The notes below the pieces were generated by a model. It was not told where the DNA came from and did not search any database. It saw only the letters and a list, made by a program, of their open reading frames with translations. A stretch of DNA of 64,000 nt from positions 224,001 to 288,000 of the forward strand of contig CAVZVA010000005.1 of the NCBI GenBank assembly GCA_963778655.1, given 5' to 3'. This DNA is from an uncultured delta proteobacterium. GTDB lineage: Bacteria; Myxococcota_A; Polyangia; Polyangiales; JAFGIB01. This document shows positions 46,595 through 60,411 of this stretch, in pieces; the first letter of the stretch is position 1, and each line of letters opens with the position of its first letter. The translations under genes and the position numbers were made by a program.

Positions 46595-47653
46595 ATGCGT
46601 ACGCCGACCGACGATCTCCGTATCCGCGACATCAAGCCGCTGCTTCCGCCCGCGATCTTGATGGAGGAGATTCCGGCGAGCGAGCGTGCCTGCGCGACCG
46701 TAGCCGAAGCGCGATCGGCGATCGCGCGCGTGATTCACGGCCACGATCCCCGCCTGCTGCTGGTGGTCGGCCCGTGCTCCATCCATGACCCGGAGGCCGG
46801 CCTCGACTATGCGCGCCGGCTGGTCAAGGCGGCCGACCGCTATCAGGACGACCTCTTGATCGTGATGCGGGTCTATTTCGAGAAGCCGCGCACGACGATC
46901 GGCTGGAAGGGCCTGATCAACGACCCGTATCTCGACGACAGCTACGCCATCAACCACGGCTTGCGTCTGGCGCGACGTTTCTTGCTCGATGTGACGCAGC
47001 TAGGGCTGGCCGCCGGCACCGAATTCCTCGATCCGATCACGCCGCAGTTTCTGGCCGACCTGGTGGCCTGGGGCGCGATCGGCGCGCGCACGTCCGAGAG
47101 CCAGGTGCACCGCGAGCTCTCCAGCGGCCTGTCGATGCCGGTGGGCTTCAAGAACGCCACCGACGGCACAGTGCAGGTAGCCATCGACGGCATCCGCTCG
47201 AGCGCCCATCCTCACCACTTCCTTTCGGTGACCAAGCAGGGCGTGGCCGCGATCGTCGCCACCGAGGGCAATCCCGACTGTCATGTGATCCTGCGCGGAG
47301 GCAGCAGCGGTCCCAACTACGACGCCGCGAGCATCGCGCGCACGGTGGATCAGCTCAGGGACGCGGGGCTTGCACCGCGCGTGATGGTCGACTGCAGCCA
47401 CGCAAACAGCAACAAGGACCACGAGCGGCAGCCCGAGGTTGTGCGCGCAGTGGCCGAACGCGTGGCCGGCGGCGACGGAGCAGTGCTGGGCGCCATGCTC
47501 GAGAGCTTCCTGGTCGACGGCCGCCAGGACCACGCGCGCGGCCGCGCGCTCACCTACGGCCAGAGCATCACCGACAAGTGCCTCGGCTGGGAGCGCACCG
47601 AGCCGCTGCTGGCGCAGCTGGCGGAAGCCGCGCGCAAGCGCCGCCTCGCTTAG
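46595..47653 (+). CDS. 3-deoxy-7-phosphoheptulonate (DAHP) synthase, class I-alpha (AroF/G/H type)
   Basis: GPCSIHD, MRVYFEKPRTTIGWKG, IGARTSESQ.HRE, DCSHANS, YGQSITD.C. Confidence 0.96.
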   Translation: MRTPTDDLRIRDIKPLLPPAILMEEIPASERACATVAEARSAIARVIHGHDPRLLLVVGPCSIHDPEAGLDYARRLVKAADRYQDDLLIVMRVYFEKPRTTIGWKGLINDPYLDDSYAINHGLRLARRFLLDVTQLGLAAGTEFLDPITPQFLADLVAWGAIGARTSESQVHRELSSGLSMPVGFKNATDGTVQVAIDGIRSSAHPHHFLSVTKQGVAAIVATEGNPDCHVILRGGSSGPNYDAASIARTVDQLRDAGLAPRVMVDCSHANSNKDHERQPEVVRAVAERVAGGDGAVLGAMLESFLVDGRQDHARGRALTYGQSITDKCLGWERTEPLLAQLAEAARKRRLA

Positions 47654-47763
47654 TTTCGCGTCAGAAGCGCCCTTCGTCCTCGGCCCGGCCCTGCGGCGCG
47701 CTGATGTGCGCCTCGGTCCGGTCCCGCGGGCGCGCTCGCTCCTGAACGCTTCTGACGCGAAAC
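47653..47763. mobile_element. MITE-like element with perfect 17-bp terminal inverted repeats between convergent genes
   Basis: gtttcgcgtcagaagcg (47653-47669) / cgcttctgacgcgaaac (47747-47763); the left end overlaps the TAG stop. Confidence 0.65.
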
Positions 47764-47835
47764 GAATGCGACCCGCGCGGAGCGAAGCGGCCTCGCGGGA
47801 AGGGCGCGTGCCCCTCCCGAGTAGCAGGGAGCGCG

Positions 47836-49332
47836 TCAGTCGATGCGCTCGGCGAGGAAGCCTGCGACTTTGTCGAGCGCGATTCGCTGTTGGGCCGCGG
47901 TGTCGCGGTCGCGCACGGTGACGGTCTGGTCCCGCAACGTGTCGCCGTCGATGGTGAAGCAGTAGGGCGTGCCGACCTCGTCCATGCGCGCATAGCGCTT
48001 GCCGATCGCCTGCTTGACGTCGAATTGCGTGACGTGCTTGCGCCGCAGCTCGCCGTAGAGCTTCTCGGCGACCTCGGGCATGCCCTCCTTGGCGACCAGC
48101 GGGAAGACCGCGGCCTTGATCGGTGCCAGCCTGGGCCGGAACTTCATGTACAGCTTGCTCGGCCGCTCGAGATCCTCGGTATAGGCCTCGCACAGCAGCG
48201 CCAGCACGCCGCGGGTCAATCCCGCGGCCGGCTCGATCACGTGCGGGAGGTAGCTCTCGCGCGTGTCTGGATCGAAGTAGGTGAGCTTGACCCGCGCGTG
48301 TTCCTGATGTTGCCGCAGGTCGTAGTCGACGCGGTGCGCGACGCCCTCGAGCTCGCCGAAACCCGGTGCCGTGAAGGGGAAGCGGTACTCGATGTCGAAC
48401 GTACCCGCGCCCTCCTTGGCGTAGTGCGCGAGCTCCTCGGCTTCGTGCGCACGCAGCTGCAGGTTGTCCGAGCCGAGCCCGACCTCGCGCCAGAACTGGG
48501 CGCGCTGCTCGCACCAGAACTTGTGCCAGGTGACGGCCTCGCTCGGGTGGCAGAACCACTCCAACTCCATTTGCTCGAACTCGCGCGAGCGAAAGATGTA
48601 GTTGCGTGGCGTGACCTCGTTGCGGAAGGCCTTGCCGATCTGCCCGATTCCGAAGGGCACCTTGACGCGCATGGTGTCGAGCACGTTCTTGAAGTTGAGG
48701 AAGATCCCCTGCGCGGTTTCCGGGCGTAGATAGGCGACCGAGCTCTCGTCCTGGACCGCGCCCACGTAGGTCTTGAACATCAGGTTGAACTGGCGCGGCT
48801 CGGTGAGCGTGCCGGTGGCCGTGGTGTCCGGACCCACCACGCGGGCGAGCTCGGCCTGCGGAATCGCCGAGAGCGCGAGCTCGTCGAAGTCGTCGGGCGA
48901 GGCGCCCTTGACCTTGGCGAGCTTCTTGCGCGCGGCCTCCGGCTCGCCTTCGACGAAAGCGAACATCGGCAGGCGCTCGTCGCGCTTGTGACGAAACACA
49001 CGCAGGTGGTCGTAGCGGTAGCGCGCCTTGGTCTCGCGACAATCGACCATCGGGTCGCTGAAGCCGCCGACGTGGCCCGAGGCCTCCCAGACCTTCGGGT
49101 TCTGGATGATCGCGCTGTCGATGCCGACCACGCTGAGTGGCTTGCCGTCGGGGCCGAGCGGGGGACAGCGCACCATCGTCTGCCACCAGGCGTCGCGCAG
49201 ATTGTTCTTGAGCTCGACGCCGAGCGGGCCGTAATCCCAGAAGCCGTTGATCCCCTGATAGATCTCGCTGGCGGGGAAGATGAAGCCACGGCGCTTGCAC
49301 AGGGCCGTGAGGTCGTCCATCGATACAGTCAC
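47836..49332 (-). CDS. glyQS: Glycine--tRNA ligase (alpha2, homodimeric type)
   Basis: KRRGF, WDYGPLG, ASGH, FNLMF, YLRPETAQG, FRNE, REFEQ.E, IGKRY.R.DE.GTP. Confidence 0.96.
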   Translation of the reverse strand: MTVSMDDLTALCKRRGFIFPASEIYQGINGFWDYGPLGVELKNNLRDAWWQTMVRCPPLGPDGKPLSVVGIDSAIIQNPKVWEASGHVGGFSDPMVDCRETKARYRYDHLRVFRHKRDERLPMFAFVEGEPEAARKKLAKVKGASPDDFDELALSAIPQAELARVVGPDTTATGTLTEPRQFNLMFKTYVGAVQDESSVAYLRPETAQGIFLNFKNVLDTMRVKVPFGIGQIGKAFRNEVTPRNYIFRSREFEQMELEWFCHPSEAVTWHKFWCEQRAQFWREVGLGSDNLQLRAHEAEELAHYAKEGAGTFDIEYRFPFTAPGFGELEGVAHRVDYDLRQHQEHARVKLTYFDPDTRESYLPHVIEPAAGLTRGVLALLCEAYTEDLERPSKLYMKFRPRLAPIKAAVFPLVAKEGMPEVAEKLYGELRRKHVTQFDVKQAIGKRYARMDEVGTPYCFTIDGDTLRDQTVTVRDRDTAAQQRIALDKVAGFLAERID

Positions 49333-49441
49333 GGAGGGGTCCTTTCGCGGCACAGGGGCATGACACAGCAAGGCGAGAAGAAGGGGGAGCTTTCGCCGAG
49401 CGTGCCGAGATACTGATCGGCGCCCGCAGCGAAGTCCACCG

Positions 49442-51217
<1,776 letters not shown>

Positions 51218-51304
51218 GCCCGCAAAGGTACCACGAATCGGCCCGCTTCCGATCCCGGCCTCGCACGCTATCTGTATGAAATCACGTGCTTGTTTGTGGA
51301 GCCT

Positions 51305-52012
51305 TCAGTCGATGCGATAGGGCAGCCGCGGGCGATCGGGCGGGGCCCGCGTCACGCGCCGGCTCCGGGCCGGCCGCAGCAGAGCCTGGTCGACCAGCAG
51401 GATGCAGTCCTCGTCCTCGACCTCGAAGGTCTGCACCGGGTCGCGAGGCAGCAAGCGGGGATGCGCCGTGGTCACCAGCTGTACGCGCAGCGCGCTGTGC
51501 GGGTGCACGGTGAGCAGCACGTGCGCGAGCCCGTCCGCATCGGTCTGGCCCACGCTCTCGCCGCCTACACGGATCGGCAGCCCCGCGCGGCCTGCTCCGC
51601 GTACGCGCACCACGATTGCGGCCTTGCGCTCGAGAGGCTCGCAGCGCGTGCTGAGCTCGAGCGGGGCACGGGCCGCGATCCGCCGCAACACCAGCCTGCG
51701 GGCCGGCACCGGCGTGCGGTAGGCTGGCGGGCACGCGCTGCTGAGCGCGACGCTGCGCCCCTCGCGCCCGCGCAGCTGCACGCGCAGGCTGCCGTCCGCT
51801 GCGGTGGTGCCGAGCTCACGGCCGTCAGCCCAAAAGCGCACGCCGGCGAGCGGTTGCTCACCCGTGGTGGAGGCGCGCAGGCGCAGCTCGAAGCGCTGCT
51901 CCGGCGCGGGCGGCGCCGAGCAACCCGTGCTCGCGAGCGCGAGCGCGAGCGCGGCCAGTCGCTGCGGCGCGCGCCGCCGGCTACGCCCGAGGGTCAATCC
52001 GTAGTTGGGCAT
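51305..52012 (-). CDS. Hypothetical lipoprotein with tandem beta-sandwich repeats
   Basis: STGC lipobox; two G.T.ADG repeats. Confidence 0.65.
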   Translation of the reverse strand: MPNYGLTLGRSRRRAPQRLAALALALASTGCSAPPAPEQRFELRLRASTTGEQPLAGVRFWADGRELGTTAADGSLRVQLRGREGRSVALSSACPPAYRTPVPARRLVLRRIAARAPLELSTRCEPLERKAAIVVRVRGAGRAGLPIRVGGESVGQTDADGLAHVLLTVHPHSALRVQLVTTAHPRLLPRDPVQTFEVEDEDCILLVDQALLRPARSRRVTRAPPDRPRLPYRID

Positions 52013-52792
52013 GGGGCGGCTCCCGATTCGCTGCGCTGCCGGCAGAGGCTCGACAGCTTGCGTTCCAGCACGCGCGCGATCAGCGCGTAGACGGGCTGCT
52101 CCGGTCGCGCGCGCGCGAGGCGGCGGTAGGCGACCAGCGCCTCACGGTAGCGGCCGTCTGCCAGCGCAGCCACTGCCTCGGGGACGCTCTGAGCGACCGG
52201 CTCGGTCGTTTCCGCGGCGGGCGCAGGCGTGTCGGCCCTGGCAGGCTCGGGCGTGGGAGCCAGCGTCCGGCTCGGCGCGCGCGGGCGCGGCGCGGGCGCG
52301 ACGCGGGTGGCTGTGGGTGCGGTGCCGCCAGCCGGCGCGGTCGCGCGCGGCGCAGTGGCGCGCGGCGCAAGCGCGTGCAGCGAGAGCACGACCAGCGTCG
52401 CGCCCAGCAGCGGCACACAGACGAGTAGCAACGTGCGCCGCGCCAGGGGCCCCAATATGTGCCCCGCGCGCCGTGGGGCACGCTCGCTCGTCGCCGCCGG
52501 CGGCTGCGAGCGCACTGGCTCGCCCGGGGCGCGCGGGCGAGCCAGCGTGTCGGCCGTGCCCGAGAATCGCCGTGCGCGCTCGGCCCGCGTCGCGCAGCCC
52601 TGCCGTGCTGGTGGTTGTGAGCGACTCGGCGGCGCGGCGCAGGCGCGCGAGCTCGCGCGGCCCGTAGGCCCGCGTGGCGGCGTCGGCGCGCGGCGCCCGC
52701 TGGTGAACGCGGATGCAACGGGTGAGATCGGCCGGGAGCCGCGGCGGCGGCGCCCCTGTGCCGGATTTGCTGCGCAAGCGTCCCACGCTCAA
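51994..52792 (-). CDS. Hypothetical membrane protein with TPR-like tail; apparently frameshifted near 52570
   Basis: TTG 52792 overlaps the upstream cpaF stop and opens a plausible N-terminus in one frame, but the TM helix and AVAALADGRY.EAL..Y tail lie in another frame (51994-52515). Confidence 0.45.
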
Positions 52793-53802
52793 AGCTCCTC
52801 GCGCGGCGCGGCGGGCAGCGCGTGCGCATTGCGCGCCGGCGCCCGGTAGCGCGGCCGCAGCACATAGCCCTCGCCCTCCGCCTCGACCTCGACGATCTCC
52901 ACCACCTCGCGCTTGCCGTCCGCCGCGCGCGCGGTCTGCACGATCGCGTCGACCGCGGACGCGATCTGCGCGCGCAGCGCGAACAGCGGCAGCGGCACGT
53001 CGCTCATCAGCGCCAGGGTTTCCAGCCGCGCGAGCGCGTCGCGCGCGCCGTTGGCGTGAATCGTAGAGAGACAGCCGCCGTGACCCGAGGTCATGGCCTG
53101 GATCAGCTCGAGCGCTTCGGCGCCGCGGATCTCGCCCACCACGATGCGATCGGGCCGCAGGCGCAGGCTGGCCTTGAACAGCTGCCGCAGCGTGACCTCG
53201 CCGCGCCCGCGCGCGTCCGCGGGGCGCGCTTCGAGGTGCACGACGTGCTCGTGCGAGAGCTGCAGCTCGCGCGCGTCCTCGATCACGATCACGCGCTCGG
53301 TCTCCGGGATGAAGCGGGCCAGGGCGTTGAGCAGCGAGGTCTTGCCCGAGCCGGTGCCGCCTGCCACCAGCAGGTTGCGGCGCGCGCCGACCAGCGCGCG
53401 CAAGCGCTGCGCGCCGGCCGCGCCCAGGCTGCCGCGCATGACCATCTGTTCCAGGCTGAGCGTGCTGCGCGTGAAACGCCGCACGCTGAGGATCGGCCCA
53501 TCGGGAGCCGCCGGCGGGATCACCGCCTCGATGCGTGACCCGTCTGGAAGCTGCGCCTCCAGGATCGGGGCCTGCTCGGAAATGCTGCGACCCGCGTACT
53601 GGGCCACCGCGTGCACCGCCGCCATCAGCGCGGCCGGGTCGGCGAAGCGATGCGGTGTGGCTTGAAGCCGGCCGTGGCACTCGATGTACACGCGCTCCAC
53701 GCCGTTGATCATGATCTCGCTCACCTCGGGGCGATCGAGCAGCGAGGCGATCGGCGCGAGCAAGCTGCGCAGGTTCTGTTGGTGCAGCGCGCGCGGGATC
53801 AT
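52789..53802 (-). CDS. cpaF: Second CpaF/TadA-family ATPase (no N-terminal extension)
   Basis: EIMING, GGTGSGKTS, IEDAREL, LRPDRIVVGEIRG, GHGG.LSTIHAN. Confidence 0.9.
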   Translation of the reverse strand: MIPRALHQQNLRSLLAPIASLLDRPEVSEIMINGVERVYIECHGRLQATPHRFADPAALMAAVHAVAQYAGRSISEQAPILEAQLPDGSRIEAVIPPAAPDGPILSVRRFTRSTLSLEQMVMRGSLGAAGAQRLRALVGARRNLLVAGGTGSGKTSLLNALARFIPETERVIVIEDARELQLSHEHVVHLEARPADARGRGEVTLRQLFKASLRLRPDRIVVGEIRGAEALELIQAMTSGHGGCLSTIHANGARDALARLETLALMSDVPLPLFALRAQIASAVDAIVQTARAADGKREVVEIVEVEAEGEGYVLRPRYRAPARNAHALPAAPREEL

Positions 53803-54425
53803 CGCGTCACCTCGGCGCGTGCACGGGCGCCGCGCCCGTGCTCCGGGTGCTCGGCCAGCCACGCCAGCACCTCGGGGGCGAAAGGCCCCCGGGGCGCGCG
53901 CGCCAGGTAGGCCTCGAAACGGGCGCGCGCGGCGCGCGCGTCCCGGAATGCGTCGCGCTCGATCACCCCGAGCAAGTAGTGAGCCTGGGCGGAGTCGGGG
54001 TGCTGGCGAATCACGCGCTGCAGCTGCTCGGCCGCCTCGGAGGGACGGCCGAGCGCGAGCCGGATTGCGGCGACCAGGTAGCGCAGCTTCCACGCGTCGG
54101 GGTGGCGGCGCAGGTAGGGCTCGGCGTGATCGAGCGCGGCGCGCAGCCTGGAGGCCGCAATGCACACCCGCACCAGCGGCACGATTGCGCGGCGCTCGGG
54201 ATAGCCGTTGCGCACCGCGAGCGTGAAGTACTGCTCGGCCCGGCTGCTGTCGCCCTGCGCGGCGAGCGCCTGGCCGCGTGCGAAGAGCGCGGCTGCGGTC
54301 GCGGCGCGCGCCGCGGCCGCTGGCTCGCGGTGGCCGGCGGCCGGCGGCGCGCCGCCGGGTCGCGCGGTTGCACAGCCGGAAAGCAGCAGCAAGCCGGCGC
54401 TCACGAAAATGCGGTGCGTGGTCAT
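53799..54425 (-). CDS. TPR lipoprotein (TadD/pilotin-like)
   Basis: LSGC lipobox, TPR helices (AHYLLG, FEAYLARAP.G). Confidence 0.75.
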   Translation of the reverse strand: MTTHRIFVSAGLLLLSGCATARPGGAPPAAGHREPAAAARAATAAALFARGQALAAQGDSSRAEQYFTLAVRNGYPERRAIVPLVRVCIAASRLRAALDHAEPYLRRHPDAWKLRYLVAAIRLALGRPSEAAEQLQRVIRQHPDSAQAHYLLGVIERDAFRDARAARARFEAYLARAPRGPFAPEVLAWLAEHPEHGRGARARAEVTR

Positions 54426-55027
54426 GACGGGTCCTCGAGTTGGGTGGTTTCGTCGAGCTCCAGCTGCAGGCGTTTGAGCGCGGCGACGAACGCGCCCTCG
54501 TGGCCGGAAAGCAGCGCGAGCAAGAAGCAGACGTCGGCGCGCGCCAGCGCGGGACGGCCGGTGTCGAGCGCGCGCTCGTAGCGCAGCACGTGATCGCGGT
54601 AGTCGCGCTCCAGCCGCGAGCGCCACAGCCGGGCGCGCAGCGCGCTGCGTGCCCGGCCCTGGTCGTCGTGCGCGAGCACGAAGCACGCTTCAGCCTCGAG
54701 CAGAGCCTGCAACGCGGGCAGCCCTTCGGCCGCGGCAAAGGGGTAGCGCGCGATGCGCGCCCGACCCGAGCTTTCCGCGCGCCGCGCGCGCTCCGCGGCG
54801 GCCTCGGGCGAGGCGTCGCAGCCGCCTTCGAGCGCGGGCAGCGGCGGAGCTGCCACGCGTTCTGCCGCGGGGGCCAAGCGTCCGAGGTCGGCGAAGCTGG
54901 CGGCGAGCAGCAGCGCGAGCGCGAGCGCCAGCAGCAGCGGCTGCATGGCGCGCGCCGCGGCGTTCGTGGCGGGCGTGCGTGCCGCGCCTTGCCCCTCGAC
55001 CACCTCGGCTGGAGCCTGCGCGCGCAT
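54422..55027 (-). CDS. Hypothetical membrane-anchored Tad accessory protein
   Basis: Coupled in the operon; one TM helix; helical periplasmic part with RYPF motif. Confidence 0.65.
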   Translation of the reverse strand: MRAQAPAEVVEGQGAARTPATNAAARAMQPLLLALALALLLAASFADLGRLAPAAERVAAPPLPALEGGCDASPEAAAERARRAESSGRARIARYPFAAAEGLPALQALLEAEACFVLAHDDQGRARSALRARLWRSRLERDYRDHVLRYERALDTGRPALARADVCFLLALLSGHEGAFVAALKRLQLELDETTQLEDPS

Positions 55028-55028
55028 G

Positions 55029-55922
55029 TCACATCCCGAAGCCGTGAACGATGAACGGGCCGAGCACGATCAGCAGGATCGCCCCGAGCAGCAGCGTCAT
55101 CGGCAGCACCAGCAGCACCGATGCGCGTGCGGCCGCTTCTTCAGCGCTGACGCTGCGCCGCAATCGCAGCACGCGCGCCTGGATGCAGAGTACCTCGGCC
55201 AGCGGATTGCCCCTGTGCTCGGCCTGCGTGACCGCGGCCACGAAGTCCTGCATGGCGTTGCAGGGCGCGCGCAGCGCCAACGCGGCCAGCGCTTGCCGCC
55301 GGGTGTGGCCCATCGCCAGCTCCTGCAGCACGCGGGCCAGCTCCTGCACCAGCGGGTCCTCGGCGTCGGGCAGCTCGCGCACCAGCAGCCCGAGCGCGCC
55401 CGTGAAGTCGAGGCCCGCGCCCATGGCCAGCGCGAGCAGGTCGATCGCCGCTGGCAACGCGCGCGCGATGCGACGCTGCCGGCGCTCGCCCTCAGCGCGC
55501 ACGTGCAGCCAGGGCGCCGCCGCACCCAGCGCGGTCACAGCCGCCAGCGAGGCAGGCCCGAGCCCGAGCCACGGGGCGGTAAGCGCCGCTGTTGCCGCAG
55601 CGGCTGCGGCAGCGAGCACGCACAGCGCCAGCAGCTCGTCCGCGCACAGGCCGAGTAGCTCGCCCGAGCGCGTGAGCGCGGCGCGCACGTGATCGCGCAC
55701 GGGCGCCAGCGGAAGGCGGGCCACCACGGCGCCGAGCCAGCGCAGGCAGGGCTCGCCCAGCGCAAAGACGCCGGACGCCGACAGCGCCCGCCCGCGCTGC
55801 AGGCCGCGCGGCCCGAGCAAGGGCCGCGACAGCGGCGCGATGCGCGCGAGCGCGTACGCAGCGAGCGCCAGCCCGAGGGCGATGGCGGCGGTGGCCAGCA
55901 CGGAGAGCTCGTCGATGCTCAT
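55029..55922 (-). CDS. tadC: TadC-like inner-membrane platform protein
   Basis: LP.AIDLLAL...AGL, G.TRR.AL, G.PLAEVL..QA, AEE.A. Confidence 0.88.
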   Translation of the reverse strand: MSIDELSVLATAAIALGLALAAYALARIAPLSRPLLGPRGLQRGRALSASGVFALGEPCLRWLGAVVARLPLAPVRDHVRAALTRSGELLGLCADELLALCVLAAAAAAATAALTAPWLGLGPASLAAVTALGAAAPWLHVRAEGERRQRRIARALPAAIDLLALAMGAGLDFTGALGLLVRELPDAEDPLVQELARVLQELAMGHTRRQALAALALRAPCNAMQDFVAAVTQAEHRGNPLAEVLCIQARVLRLRRSVSAEEAAARASVLLVLPMTLLLGAILLIVLGPFIVHGFGM

Positions 55923-55929
55923 GGACGCC

Positions 55930-56783
55930 TCACAGGTCGACCGCCAGGATCTTGCGAGCGGACAGGAACGCCGCGCACCACAGCGCAGCCGCGGCGGCCA
56001 GCACCAGGTGCCCGCGCGTGGTGGCCCACAGCGGCTGCAGCAGGTCGGGATCGAGGTGCTGCAACAGCCCCACCAGCGGCAGCGGGATCGCCGCGATCAG
56101 CAGCGACTGCGCGCGTCCCTCCGCCGTCTTGGTGCGTACGACTGCCTCCAGCCGGGCCATCTCACGCAGGCTCGCGGCACACGACTCGAGCGTCTCGCCC
56201 AGGTTGCCGCCGGAGGTGCGAGCCAGCCGCAGCGTGGCCAGGGCTGCGCTCACGACCGGGCTGCGCACGCGCGCGGCGAGCTGCTGCATGGCGCGGTCGA
56301 GCGGCACGCCCAGGCGGTTCTCCTTGAGCAACAGCGCGATCTCCTCGCACAGCGGCGGGGCCGTGAGCGCGACGCTGCTCGCCAGCGCGTCACCGAGGGC
56401 GGGATTGGCCTTGAGCGCGTTGGCCAGCGCGAGCAGCCAGGCGTCGAGCTGCCGCTCGACGCGCGCGCTGCGGGCGTCGCGCTTGCGCCGCAGCAACAGC
56501 CGCGGCGCGATCAGCACGGCGGCCGCCGGCGGCAGCGGCCACGGCGAGCCCAGCCCGAGCGCCAGCACCAGCAGGCCCGAGGCCGTGGCGGCCTGCAGCG
56601 CGAGCAGCCGCGCGGCGGACAGCGGCGCGCCCAGGTAGCGCAGATCGGCCGCTAGCACCGCCCGGTGAGCCGCCAGTCGCCGCCGCAGCGTCGCGTCGCG
56701 GCTGACCACCGCGGCCAGCGCAACGAGCCCCGTCGGCAACAGGATGCAGGCCGCGAGCCTGAGCAACGCGAGTCGCGCGTCGG

Positions 56784-56787
<4 letters not shown>
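55930..56787 (-). CDS. tadB: TadB-like inner-membrane platform protein
   Basis: QL...L..LANALKA, GGNL.ETL, KTAEGR.Q. Confidence 0.88.
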
Positions 56788-58375
<1,588 letters not shown>

Positions 58376-58379
<4 letters not shown>

Positions 58380-59548
58380 GGTGAGCCGTCCCTGACTGCA
58401 CGCCGCGGCGCGCGCGTGCGCCGCCTCCGCAGCGGCGCGTCGAGCGAGCGCAGCGGCGCCTGCTCCAGGTCGCCGTCGTAGCTTCCGAACAGCGCCAGCG
58501 CTTCCTGCACCCGCCGGCGCGCGTCCGGGGTGACGGAATCGACCACCGTCGGCACGATGAAGATCAGGTTCTGCGTGTGCTCGCTGCGATGGTCGTGCCG
58601 GCCGAATAGCAGTCCCAGGATCGGTAGCTGCGACAGCCCCGGCAGGCCGCTGCGGTCGCTCTGCTCGCTCTGCGCGGTCAGCCCGGCAACCACCACCGCC
58701 TGCCCCAGGTCCAGATTGACCACGCTGTCGAGCGTGGACAGCACGCGGCCCGGAATGCCGGTGCCGCGATCGGAGGAGAGGTCCGAGACCTGGGCGTGAA
58801 GCGCGAGCTCGATGCGCCCGCTGTCGCGGTCGTAGCGCGGCTTGACGCGGATCTCGCTGCCGAACGGGATCTGGCGCACCCCGACGCTCAGAGCGCTCTG
58901 CACCGGAATGTTGAGCTCGCCGCCGCCGGAGAAATCCGCCTCGCTGCCGTTGGCGGTGATCAGCGCGGCCTGACGCAGTAGCTTCGCCCAGCCGCGCGAC
59001 TGCGCCAGGTCGAGACGCGGCAGCGCCTGGTCGGTGATGACGGCGGTGGCTTCGGTGAAGGCGCCGGAGCTGAGATCGAAGCTGGCCGTGGCGCTGCCGC
59101 CGCCGAAGGTCGCGGGCCAGACCAGCCCGACGTCGGTGTGGTCGTCGCGGCTCAGCTGCACGAAGTAGAAGTCGAGCCGCACGTTGTCGCGTGCCTCCAC
59201 GCGGGTCGACTGCTCGGCCTCGCCCTCGGCTTGGGGACGGCCTGGATCGGTGACGCTGATCCGGTACTGGAGCTGGCGCCCGCCCTCGAGCATGAACAGC
59301 AGCGAAGTGCGGCCCGGGTGCAGGCCCACCACCACGAAGCTCGTGCCGTCCTTGGTCAGGCGCACGTCGACGACGCCCGTGATGCCTTCGGAGTAGCTGG
59401 CGACGCCGTCGCTCGGAATCACCCGCTGCTCGCCGACATCGAGCGTGAGCTCCAGCGTCTGCTCGGCGCGGGCGCTGCCGCGGATGGCGAAGCCCAGCAC
59501 GAGGGCGAGCGCCGCGGCGTGCCTCAGCCATGGATGCGGCGCGCGCAC
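58376..59548 (-). CDS. cpaC: Short CpaC/RcpA-type secretin
   Basis: Signal peptide, N-domain (G...GRTSLL), F..GGE..IP, LPGLSQLPILG.LF, LIFIVP. Confidence 0.85.
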
Positions 59549-59551
59549 GGC

Positions 59552-60277
59552 TCAATCCTCACCGGGCGCGCGCACCGTGGTGGCCAGGTCCACCGCGCGG
59601 TCGCTGCGCGCGACGTCGTCGGGGTTGCGTAGAAACAGCCGCAGCTCGCCGCGCCCCTCGGCCTGGGCCAGGCGTGCGCCCTGCGCGGGCGTCACGCTCA
59701 GCGTGACCTGTCCGCTGCGCGCTCCTTCCGGCCCGCGCGCGGGGTCGATACCGCCCAGATCCTGGCCGACCGCGAGCACCAGCAGGTTCTGCGCGATGGT
59801 CTGCACGCCCTGGCTCGGCTCGGCCTCGCGCTCCTGCGCGCGCGCCAGCAGCACATCCACCCGGTCGCCCGGCGAGAGCAGCGCGTCGAAGCCGCCATCG
59901 CGCAGCTCGAGCGAGAACGCTCGCATGCCTTCGGGCACCAGGCTCGAGAGCTGGCGCGGCGGCTCGCGCATGCTCGCCAGATCGCTGAACAGCAGCGCTT
60001 CGTTCGCGCGTCCGGCCACGCCCAGGCGGGCACCCCGGACCTTGTCGAGATCGCGGGCGGGAATGTGGCGCGACTCCAGATACGCCTGCGGCAGCGCGCG
60101 CGTGCCCAGCAGGTCGCGCGTGATGCGGGTTCCGGCTGGTACGTCCTTGACCAGCACCAGCACCTGCGTGGTGGGTCCGCCGCGGACCTCCTGCTCGAAG
60201 CGCTGCATGTACAGCCGCAACGACACGATGCCTGCAATCGTGGCCAGCACGGAAACGAGCAATGCCTTGCGATTCAT
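59552..60277 (-). CDS. cpaB: Flp pilus assembly protein CpaB/RcpC
   Basis: SAF domain, VPEGMRAFS, PGDRVDVL, QNLLVLAVG, VTL.VTP, LRNP.D. Confidence 0.92.
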   Translation of the reverse strand: MNRKALLVSVLATIAGIVSLRLYMQRFEQEVRGGPTTQVLVLVKDVPAGTRITRDLLGTRALPQAYLESRHIPARDLDKVRGARLGVAGRANEALLFSDLASMREPPRQLSSLVPEGMRAFSLELRDGGFDALLSPGDRVDVLLARAQEREAEPSQGVQTIAQNLLVLAVGQDLGGIDPARGPEGARSGQVTLSVTPAQGARLAQAEGRGELRLFLRNPDDVARSDRAVDLATTVRAPGED

Positions 60278-60411
60278 GGAGTGATCCGGTGGCGGGAAGT
60301 CCGCGCTGGCGGTCCAACCCGACTGTTGTTGCTATCGGCTGCCGCGCGGCCGAGTTGCGCGCGGGCGTGCGCTTTTCCGCGTCCTGTGTGCAGGGGCAGA
60401 ACAGGGGCGGC

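Noticed and set aside
52789..55032. 747-aa extended CpaF (and 923-aa version at 56784-59555)
   Set aside because: The upstream parts overlap better-supported genes in other frames; coupled ATG starts at 53802 and 58379 fit the operon.
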